64,000 nt of DNA from assembly GCA_977030845.1 (NCBI GenBank), contig OZ365115.1:11098001-11162000 (forward strand), written 5' to 3'. Made by a program: the position numbers and the translations under genes. Below the pieces are notes generated by a model, which saw only the letters and a list, made by a program, of their open reading frames with translations, had not been told where the DNA came from and made no database searches. Shown piece after piece: positions 26,901 through 38,900 of this stretch; position 1 is the stretch's first letter; every line of letters starts with the position of its first letter. This DNA comes from Fimbriosthenelais zetlandica (lineage: Eukaryota).

Positions 26901-29900
26901 GAGCAAGGGATTCTCTACATTTTGGTGAAAAAAATATTCCAAACTCCTATTAGAAGTCGAGATACAGCCTCTTAAAATTGGCAAGGTAGACACCCCTAAA
27001 ATAAAAACCAATGGTTGAAAGTAAGGTAATTGTTAGGTCTATATTAACGTTACACCTCTATACTTCACCTGATTATCTTTTTTTTTAAATCAATTTATTA
27101 AACCTGATATTTCCTCGGCCAAGTGGTCGCTTTACAGTGAATATCAGGGTAATGCATGAATGGGTGATCTTACGCAACAATTAGAGGTGAACATTAGTGG
27201 CGAGTGAGAAAAAAACCCAGTCAACCATGGTTGCAGAACAACTACAATCAGTCAGATAATTATGATTTAACCTAACATAAGAAGAAAAAAAAACATGGCC
27301 GCTAATCACTGCTGATCTTATACCCGTTAATGACATTTACCTCTCCTACTCAGACACCTCAATATGCCTACACTCCGACCATTGTCTGCACAATAATTTA
27401 AAAATCAAATCACCAGTGGGTGAGGTACCCTGGGTGTGTCTGGTTGTAGATGTGTTTTATGACGTGTGACGAGCCATGACGCGTGACCGCATGAGAACGG
27501 TGACATACTCCAGTTACACTACACTACAGCAACACATCCCTAAATAAAGGGCGACATTCTGACACAGCCTCCTTGACGTGCGACACACAGAGTTAACACA
27601 AACTGACACGCGACACGACACATTTTTATCGTGACATAATCATTCTGACACAGGAATAAAAAAGAGGACCCCTAGGTGTGGATCAATATGACATGTTCAA
27701 GGAGAACACTGATCATAACAAGTATCTTATTATCTCTTACTAATATAATACTTCTATATGAGTTGGGTGTTTTTTCACTGCACTCGCAGCAATCCTTCCT
27801 CAAATGGACATCTCAACATTTAGGACGGTCTTTTACCAACTCAAAGCTGAGCCAAGCCACTGTGGATACGGGGAAAGGTGGAAGTTTAGCCAAGCTGAGC
27901 CAAGCCACTGTGGATACAGGGAAAGGTGGAAGTTTAGCCAAGCTGAGTCAAGCCACTGTGGATACAGGGAAAGGTGGAAGTTTGGGATTAATCATTTTGA
28001 GACGCAGCATTATGAAGAAAGATGGCCTTTACAATATATCTCTACCTTCAGATAACATTTATAACTTAACTTCCATGATCCGAAACAGAACCACGTATTT
28101 CCTGAACAAGACACATCCTCTCCCCATCCAAGCTTTCCTTTATAAGTTCCGGGAGTACATACAGAATGAGTTTCCAGGCACAGACATGGCTAGAAACATT
28201 GAATATAATCATGAATGGCAGCCGCAAGTGGCTGTCAACAAAGGATTATGTAGAAGCATCTCTAAATGGTTTAACTATAACATCACATTGACAGTGGACT
28301 TGCCATCTCAGGTTGTCCATATAAATGTAACAGAGCATTGGACAGGGACAGGACAGATACCTTATATTCCAAATGACTTGTTTGCAATTATTGAAACTAA
28401 ACACACTAAAGCGAGATGTAGTACATTGTATGATGGCAATGAGAGGCATGAGAGAGATCGTATATATGTGATACAATGTCCCGTGTACGACATCCGGCCA
28501 CATGTCAACATCCGGGCTTGTTATAGACATATATCTACATATGAGACAATATGTCCAGTATTTCCCCTCGTCACAATAAAAGAGAGGTTACTCATTGAGA
28601 CAGGACCTCATATTGACCACCCAGTACCTCACAGTCTAACACAATGTCCCTTAAATCACACTCATCATAAGATTGGTTTTTGGATCAGAATTAACCAAGT
28701 CTGGCATTGGAGTGTGAGGGATTGTTATTTCCCGTTATACGTCTCCGGTGTTTTGAGACAGGGTCTATCAGATCGTAGACGCCGGGTTCTCTTTATTGGT
28801 GACTCTCACGTGCGCTGCCAGTATTCTGGTCTGCTGGAGTTTTATAACGTCTCTGTTGACTTTAAGTTTTCATCTACATCATCTTGTTTAGCTCATATTT
28901 TAAACCACAGACTTCCCAGCCTTCATAAGGAACCAATCTTCTTGCTCAACTCCGGGTCGTGGGATCTGAGATTCATGGATCTCACCTCCTACATTACTGG
29001 TATGACTGATGTCTTTAATGCAATTAAAAAACTAAAGTCTAGAAGACCAGGTGTTAGAATATTATGGTTAGAGACGTGTGCCTACCCTTATGGGACCACC
29101 CGACATAACCGATACCGGCTAAACCGTGTTATAGAAGGCGTGAATGAGTGGGTTAATCATAATATGTACCGGTTAGGAGTCCATGTCATACATTTCTATA
29201 ATGTATCTATACCCATGGAATCCTACACGAGAGATGGCAGGCACTATTACTTCTACATGGGTCCAGCTGCTGTGAAAAATAAACATAACGTCAGTGTTGG
29301 TGGAACTATGGCTGCTATTATACTGAGATATATAATGGCCGATACCAGCGACCTGTGAAGCCTGGCCACAGATATAACTGTTGCATGCATGATTGGATTT
29401 AGTACAACATACTGAGAAATAAAAGACATAAACATTGTAAGTAATAATGAAATGAAATATTCATTTTAAGTGTCATAAAATGATCAAAATGGCTTTCTAA
29501 GGCCTGGTTGAGGACTTCGTATTCCTGGAACAGTCACTTCTATAGGGTCCGGCATTAAAGGGTTAAGCTCGTCTTCGCATGATTAAGGCAATCAGGTTAT
29601 GTTATCCGATACTAATGCTCTATAGATGATTATATGCAGACTATTACATTAAACCATACAATGCCATATTTCCTACCCATTATATATCCTAGGCTTTTTC
29701 ATTTAAAAAAAACAAGAGTCTGAATAATGCAATGCAGTACGGTAAGCATATAGCGTTAGAGAAGATTTCCAAGGACATATCAGCAAGTCCTCTATCAGTT
29801 AGCTTTCCACACCATATTGTATTTCACCTTCCTGTTTCATTTCCATGTTATGTTCTCAATGACATTGACTTCTACCATCTTACTACACGCCCTTCAATTC

Positions 29901-32900
29901 CACCCTCCCACTTTACCATGACTCCTTCTATTTCCCCCCTCCTCTTCTATCTCGCCTGCCTATTATTATGTGTACCCACCCCTCCACAACTCACCCCCAA
30001 ATCTCCACCCCTACACAACCTATATGCGTCCATTAAGCCAAAGTCGTCTCGGATTGGACAGATACTTTCCCGCCTTTGCACATGCGCTCTCAGGAAGGGA
30101 TATGACTGGTAGAAGGGTTGGGGCAATCAGAACCAAAGTGGTTCCACATTCCCTTTCTGAGGTCTGGATGCCTTTTTTTCTCATGAAAATCTACAGGTGC
30201 AAAGAAAAGGCTATTTATCTACACAGGTAAATAATTGAAAGTGTATGGAATAAGATAGGAGGCCACTGTGAATGTGAGTGCCTCGCTGGGAGCACTATGG
30301 AGAGGGTGGGGGTGAGGAGGGGGCTGGGCTGGGGCTTAAAAAGGGTTGCATTGACGTCAGTGTATTGATTTTCCCTCTCTAACACGGAAGGCTTTTGCGT
30401 CATAACATGGGCGCCATTAGAAGCACGTGGGTTGAGGCGTGTTTACCAACAAAAGCTTTCTATTGGTATACAATGCCATGTAGACCTACATTGGTCAATC
30501 TGGAATACTTTGGTATCTTCTGCTGACCTTGCATTTGTGTCTTCTAACATAATAAGCTATCTGAGTGTATTACATTATAGGCCTATCTGTGTTCATCTGT
30601 TTGACACCCACAAACATTCATGGTCAGAGTAATAGGTATTTTTCTCATTGTAGGTAGCTGTAAGGACATAGCTTACATTTTATTGACTATATTACATGAA
30701 CTGTATATAACGGTTGGGGACGATTCATGGAATAATAACAAAATATCAAGCACGGGAAAAAAACAGTCCAATGGGCAATAAAGTCGGTCACCCAATGCCA
30801 GAAGATCTGTTATAATATAAAATGGAAGTAATGTACTTGTCAAGTAATATTATGACAAAACAGGAAGTGCCCAGCGGGGTGCCCAGTAAGTTCAGAGGCA
30901 GGAAGGAGGTAACCGACTTTGTCTGCTGCCCTGAGGTCATACCTCCAGCAGCTCAAAACTCCGTCAACACCAACCATGATACCGAGATGGAACAATAACT
31001 CGTTTTCTTGATAGAAAAATATGTATTGAACCTTGCATGAAATGTTGTTCCCCCAGGTTGTTTTATTAATCAACATAATTATTAATCTCAGATACTACAA
31101 AAATAAAATTAATATCACAATATTATCTGCTAGATAGTAAAAATTAATGTGGATTTTTCCATAACGAAAAGTTGGAAGGATATGGCCAACCATTCCACTT
31201 CATATTGGGACTGAATCAATGACAATTACTGTTTTTCTCAGGAAATTACAAGAATGTCCGACACCCTTGAGCTGTGAAAAGTAGCCCCCTCGCCCCTCTT
31301 CATCTATTCATTATCTTAGCCTGGAGAAGAACATGAAAGGACACACATTCATGACATTAAACGATTCTCTGACGTCACTTCCTTGTGTCTTGCTACGCAC
31401 CGGATGGCGCCCTCATCAACTCACCGTCTCTTAGCAACGTCTGTGACGTCACACCATCAAAAGAGGGTTCGTGTTAGGTTCTAGCATGATTAGAAGCGGC
31501 TTAAGTAGGTTTGAATGGAATAATCTGTAAGTGCACTAAAGGAAAGCGGAACCAATTCATGCCTTAAGTGTAGAAGCCCCAAGAGGGATTCCTTTGCATT
31601 GCATTGTACGGTATATAAAAAATAAAGGCCTTTTCATATCCATACCATGAAACCCTCTTAAATATTAATTAGACTTTGAAATAATACAAAGTTTCCACTT
31701 TAAGGTAAGAGGGACTTCCGACAAAAAACAAAAAATGGAAAGTAGGCCTAAACATGCAATTGGTGATAATTAACCATATCTTTATTCATTGGATGGCATG
31801 AAGCAAGACAACTTCCACCCTGTTGTGACTGGGTGATATTATAGGTAATCGCGGTAAACTTTTGCTTGGTTAATTACTATCCAGGAAATGCTATTTTACT
31901 TATTAATGAACTTGAGAATTATGATTCACGTTCACGATCCATCCTTTAAGTGTAGTAGAAATAACAAGTCTTCAAGTTGGAATAATATCTATGGAACACC
32001 TATACTAATATAGAAATGGTCTTATATATAGCATTCGCCTTCCATTTTAACCCTGCCATCAAAAACACTTCTGTATCAAAGAAAAAATCTTTATCTAAAT
32101 AAGTGCGGTTTGCTGTATGAATGAGAAAAGCTGTTGTGTATTTATAACCTATTGGAGGTCACATGCTCTTTGTCTGCACCCCTCACAATGTCCCTGAACT
32201 CTCGTCCTTGGTATAGAGGTTGACGGTAAGAGGACGAGACGAGGCTTAATACCCTTCAAATGTTACAGGGAAGAGCAGGTACAAAATGATACGACACTGA
32301 CAAAGTCCATTATGGGCGGGGAAGGGTGGGGGGTTAATCCAACGGTGATAATCTCCCACGGCCCCACCCCCTACCTCACCCCCCACTGGATCCGCCACTT
32401 CATACATTCAGCTTTCAATTAACTTTAAAGTAAACAGATTTCCAGGTGAATGAACTATTGGTTGCTTAGAGTGAGAGATAATGTGGCCAAATATGGCTGG
32501 AATTGGAGAATCTCCTCAGTACAAGTCATAGGTTTTTATAACATACAATTTATGCAATTTGCCATTATTTCTTGTCCGGTGTTCTACCTGTACAATGTCA
32601 GATTTGGGTCTCAAATAGCTTGGAAATATCAATTAATTATAATATGCTGATTATGCATCCAAATGCCGGGCTGAAGATGGTCTATTCACCGCATTAAATC
32701 CCCCGCAAATATGCTTCCAATGATAGATATAAAGGAACAGTTTCCCACATTTTCTCTTGGAGTATTGCAAGGACATTCATCCGATATATTGTATAGGGTC
32801 TCCTAGCAGTAAATGTCTAATAAGATGATAAAGAAGCAATTTCTGCTCCGTAGGGACCAGAAAAAAGAGTAAATATTCCCAGTGGTCAGTGGTAGCTGAG

Positions 32901-35900
32901 GTACTGCCTCTAGAACCAGTCTACTGGGGTCATTACAATCTTACTGAAGCCAGTAGTAACTCTAGATAAAACTGTCCCTTCCTATTTGGAACTATGACCA
33001 CCAGAGAACTACCAGGGACATCAGAAATAATTTACCATGCATACGTTTGTTGCTTCCTTGACATACACCTGTCTCTTGCAGCATATTTGGTCATTTGGTT
33101 TCAAGGCTTTTGAACAAAGTTTACATGTTAACTTCAAAGATGAATCTCTCATTTCCGTTATTTCTGATATTTCCACATCCTCTGAATGTTTTTTTTCCAC
33201 TTTTGTTTCACAAAGTTCTAAACTGAAATTTTGGTTTCTCTGTATTAACAGATATTGCAAACCTATATTTGGCTTGGCCGATGGCAAATGCTCATAAGAC
33301 GAAGACACTGTCAATGTAATGCACAGTACTCGTCTCTTTTGTAAGGACAGGACCATTGAAAGGTCCACCATAAAGCTTTTAAGACTGATGAACACCGTTC
33401 CCCCATATAGGAGCGTCTTCCATGGAATGTTCCTTTAGGCCAGTCACCCGTAGATAACAAAGATGTACCTACAAAAAACATTCCTGACACATTGGATGCC
33501 TTCTGAGACAATCTATATGGCACTGTAAAAATATGCAATCTACAAGATCTTCGAAAGATAAACGATTTTATAAGTGTAGGCATAAGTGTAGGCATAAGTG
33601 CTTTTAGCTAAAAATTGGGAGGGAAAATCGGGCCATTTTGGTCCCATGAGATGTAGTGACATGTCGGTTTTCCATTGCATGTCCGAGCAGCAATTGGCAA
33701 TTATAGCATCACCACTATGATTAATAACAGAGTGGGTGTCTGGCCCTNNNNNNNNNNNNNNNNNNNNNNNNNNNNNNNNNNNNNNNNNNNNNNNNNNNNN
33801 NNNNNNNNNNNNNNNNNNNNNNNNNNNNNNNNNNNNNNNNNNNNNNNNNNNNNNNNNNNNNNNNNNNNNNNNNNNNNNNNNNNNNNNNNNNNNNNNNNNN
33901 NNNNNNNNNNNNNNNNNNNNNNNNNNNNNNNNNNNNNNNNNNNNNNNNNNNNNNNNNNNNNNNNNNNNNNNNNNNNNGAGAGGGAGATTGGAGTAGATGG
34001 CCAGGGAGGGAGAAAGAGCGAGAGGATAACGAGATGGATATACAAAAGAGATGAGAGAGAGAAAGATAATAAAATAAATAGTATGTGCCTTGTTATCTCT
34101 TCACAACTACATAGTGCTAGATAGGCAATCATGTGATAGTCATCTCATAACATATCTAACTCCATTAACCCCTTCTTTCGCGTCATTTCCCCGTCATCAT
34201 AATGTTATATTAGATATTAGTCCCCTCTGACGCTCTGGGAGGTGAATATTTCAGTAAGTAGGTGGTCATTATGAGCGTATATATGACCGCTCGTGAACCA
34301 ATGAAATCGGCCCTGTTTGACCTAGATAAGCAGGAAGGGTGCTGCTTGTGTGTGTGCATATTAGAGGAGTGTATGTCTGTTTGACCTACATAAGCAGGAG
34401 GGGATGACTGGTCGTGTAGCGGTGGGTAGGGTGAAGTGGGTCATGACTGGAAACATAGCCAGTGAGCGCACAGCCACATACAGGCTTTTGAACAAGGTAT
34501 GACAATGTAAAGAGACACATGAAGGAAATCGTGAATAAAACATGATTTATGGCATTAAAAGTTCTGTATCGATGACAGGTAAGGGGGTTAAATGTGTGCC
34601 GGGGACTAAAGCAATTAGACCCTTTGTTGGTTTCGCGTTCGCCCCGTCTAGTGCGTATATACTCTCGCGCTCACGCGCTCGAGTATATATTTACGCACTA
34701 GACGGGTCTCACGCTTAACCAACAAAGGGTCTATTTGTATAATATATCAACATTGGGTATTTCCCCAGTTTTTAGGCTACATATCTCCCATTTATTCTAA
34801 TGCATTCCTGGCCATATGTCTAAACATTATTGTGAAATGATTACATGACCTTGTCACACACATCTATAGTAGTAGTATGTATTATAATAGGCCTACAGTC
34901 AACTGTGCAACAGAATTTCACTTGCCAATGTCTGCATGAATCAATCAGACAGAAGAAAGATTCTTAGGTTTAAAATACTTGGGTTAGAACCCTGACATAA
35001 TCTAGACAAATTATTGTGCTTTCTTTTCATCCTGGCAGCATCTTTATGCATAGCCAAGCATATCCACATATATCTATGACCTCTATTACCATCTCATATA
35101 ACGGTTCTTTTTATACAGAAACAATCAATTTAATGGATATGGATATTCTCTCCTTCCCTGAGTTAGAGGAAGTAAGATATATAATCTCAGCACACCTTAT
35201 CACGCCAGACTGCTATTCCATCAAGTGTTATACTAATAACATTGGGGCTTCTTTTTCTTAAAGCTGCAGTGACTCAAGCTGCAGTGAATCTCCTAGAATT
35301 GAGACAGAACCAAATATTGTCCTCCCGTCGTGATCTAGATAATATTTATAATCTAAACATTTATATCTATAGACAGAAAAACAAGGTGAACAAGTCGTAT
35401 TTTGGGTTTAACATAACATAGGCATAAGTTATTGTTGTCTATTGAAAATGCTCATCTCACATAATGTCAGCGATGTTATAAGTTTTAGAAGTCACCTCCT
35501 CTCTGGGGGTTAGAGGTGGCTTTGTAATGCATCACCAGTAGCTCCACTAGCAAACACCCATGAGTCTACTTCAGTACCTTCACCAACAACTCATCAGCCT
35601 TTCCTCCTGAAAGTCGAGCACTGTCTGTGATTGTACGTTTGTCCACACATTGCGACATTCTGCTCCTGACATGCAAGCAAACAGTTACCAACATTGCTTG
35701 AGTTAAACCAATAATGCCTGGCCTTCCAATGGGAGCAGAACCGTGCACAAGGAGGAGCTCAGTGAGGGGCTCAAGGGAGGGTATCAGCCATTACTCCAAT
35801 GCTCAGATATCCCGGTGAATCCCAATGACTTTGTCACTGCAAGACTTGAGCCATGGACGTATATATATGGGCAATTCATATTGCTTCAGAGTATATTGGA

Positions 35901-38900
35901 TATAGAAAGGTCATGATTTGCTCCGGCTTTCACTCACTATAAAGGTCTACCTTTGATTAGCTCTGCTTGGTGAATTATTCAACGTATTAAATGCTGCTCA
36001 GTCCTTGGATCTGAATGCTTTGACTACTTTGGCATGAAATAAGTTCTCTCCCCTCTCTCCCTCTCTGGTCCTGCTCTCCTCAACTGTCTCTCAGTTCCTC
36101 TCTTGAGAGAGAAAAGACAACGTCCTCCCTCTTGAAGACAAAAATCTACTGGGAAATGGATGCCAGTGAGTCTTATGAAATATCTGGGACAATCTGAATG
36201 AAAATGTATCTGGCACAAAATGAATGAAAGGCTCATGAGATATCAACAGAGCTTCTCGGTCGTATTTGCATAAGCTTCAATGGGACTTTCTTCCAAGAGG
36301 ACAACAATGATCCCCTGGAGTGGCCCTAGGAGGCCCCTGTATAACAAAGACTTATCTCCGTCTGCTGCTGCAGTAATAGGAGTAAATGCGTAATGCCTTT
36401 GGCGACAACTTCATGAATCTATATGATACACGCTGTATATCAGTGATATCAGTGACTGATTCTCTGCCGCTGGCAATCACTATATCTTCCAGCTTCGATA
36501 TAACGTCCGCGTATTCTGAGCTCTAACTCTCGGGCAACCATTTATAAATTGGATTTGGATCAAGAATTGTACATTTGTAGGCTTTCTGCCTACATAAGTA
36601 GTATACTACAGCTATATTTAGACCTCTATAAAATTGAAGCAGGAGGGGCGAGGTGATTACTGCCAAAGACGGGGTAAGAACAAGCCTTCTCACGGTCAAA
36701 GCTTGGTGTAACTGTGGCAGATTCAGAATCCCCTGACAAAAAGCAGGCCAAGTCCTATTGACTTTCAATTGGGACTGTCACATATTGACTGTATGACTAA
36801 AATATCAATGATCCAATGAATTGGTCAAGACATCATTGGAGCAATAAGTTTCTAGCAAAAAAATGCGATGAATTACATGTCCTGAGTAATTATATTAAAG
36901 GATTCTAGCTATTTATTATGAAATTATTGAAGCTAATATTGAGGGAAAGCAATGAAACATGAAACTTTGCTGAGGAAAAACATCATTGCCTCGGAATATT
37001 CAAGTCTGGGTAGGCACATGCATTTTGCCATCAAAGTTTAAGGACTGACTAAGCATTTTCCCTTTTCAAATTTGCTGTTTTTTTCTTTACAAAAGGACAA
37101 TATTGCTCGAAGCAAAGCTTTTCCGATAGACACGTATTCCGTTTCGCCCTGAAGCAAACAAATGAGCATTCTGTGTCCAAATGTATTGTGCTCGCCTCCG
37201 ATGGCGGCACCTCAAATATTTGCCACATCTACCAAAACTGCAGTTTTGTAAGAAAAAATTGCATTGATACATATGCAGCATTTTCATCTTTTCAATTGTC
37301 ACATACTTCTATCCATTTCAATGTCAGTCCAAATGGGGATTATTTGAATCAAATTAATAATTATCCCCATCAAATTTACGTTAATCTGTGATAATTGAAA
37401 CATCAACATTTTATACTTTAATTTGACATGAGTATAACTCTAATGAATATAATTCAATAACCCCACACTTAATTCAAAAGAACAGCTGGTGGAATCAGCC
37501 CATGGGTGAAAAATTTGAAATTAATTCAATAAATTACATGTCCGTGACCAAGCCCGGATGTTTATGTCACTCCCAAAACTCCAGGAGGAAACAGCTGGGA
37601 TTTATTTCTTGGTAATAATGGATCTGGAGTGAGGAATGGATGTGCCGTAAGGAGACGGTAGGCGATTTTAACGCGTTCAGCTGAAGCCTTCCATCAAGAA
37701 TCAGTCAACAAGCCTTATTACGTGTTGTAGAAGCAGTAGTTCTAAATTTAAAATACAGAGCTCTTGCATATTTCCACAGGCCTCAACTGCATATTTTATA
37801 ACAGAGGTTTTTTGTGCTTTTCAATGGACTCGACAGGCTTTACAACTCATTCCAATGAAATGTTTCAATACATCCTGTCCCACATTCCGTTTTTCCTACT
37901 GTCTCTATGAGCTCCTGATTATTCTTTTGTTAAGAAATGATCGAGGATTGACAGTCAAAATTGAAATACCGAATTTGAGTTACCAAATTTTAATACTTTC
38001 CTAGATTGAGACGAATATTTGGATGGATATTTTAGTTAAAATTTGGGATAAAATGTAATAATTAGACTGGGAAACGTGTCTCAAGTCGTTAGGGTAAAGA
38101 AGTGTGGACAGGGGGCCGCAATAAAGTGGATTAAGATGGATTCCACTCTGGCCTTGTTTACACCGCCACCACTCGTCTCCTGCTAGCTCTAGATTGATTA
38201 ACATCCATCCCTGGGGGCAAAATCAGTGGATCGCCGACCACGTTGATTCTACACACCCAAGGTGAACCATTCAGGTCAAAGGATAAGTCAAATAAAAAAT
38301 AAAATTAAGTCCCTTGCAAGTCTATACTTGTAGGAAAAGGGGTAGGGTTTAAAGAAGTAACTGCAGCTGCTGATGGGCTCTTTTTTTTCTAACTCCCTGA
38401 CATGCTTGGCAATACTACTCTATATATCATTAGCAGTGCAGCATATGTTATGACATGTAAATTTATAGAAACTTAAATATATGGATTGTTAAAAGCGTCT
38501 AATCTCAGTTTCCAAGATTCTAGGAAAAGCATTATGGCAATTTATGCTATCAGTAAGGGCTAAGTGCCAATCACAGAGGCTTATACGGTCAGAGGTGGGC
38601 AAATAATGAAGAAAATACCATAATATTCACTGAAGAAAGTGAGGGATGAAAGCTTAAAATATGCCCCTGGACATTGCTGGTCACGTAGACAGAATGACCT
38701 CTGCCTGGAGATTGATTAGGGCTCGAGTTCCAATCATTCCCCGCCACAGGTCATTGAGGCTGTCTGGGAGTTGTAGAAGTACCACCCGGACTTATTCATG
38801 ATATGAATAAATAGCAGCGATAGCATGGTATATAGGGGACGCTTGGTGGGTGCTCTCTTCAATATAGATTCAGACTAAGATTCAGACATGGTTTCTATGC

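Larger units (their letters stand above)
26844..29562. mobile_element. Putative piggyBac-type non-autonomous element (13-bp TIR) carrying a captured gene
   Basis: Left ccctttaatgccg 26844-26856, preceded by taaa. Right cggcattaaaggg 29550-29562, followed by TTAA 29563-29566. The TIRs are exact reverse complements; no transposase ORF lies between them. Confidence 0.6.

Noticed and set aside
27844-27984. 48-bp repeats as a CRISPR array
   Set aside because: Head-to-tail with no spacers, in frame within a eukaryotic CDS, and no cas genes.
33675-34132. ORFs spanning 33.7-34.1 kb
   Set aside because: They are open only because they read through the N gap.
35500-36800. Possible decayed retroelement (GC-richer tract with short ORFs)
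   Set aside because: Hand translation of both strands showed no RT, endonuclease or transposase motif.
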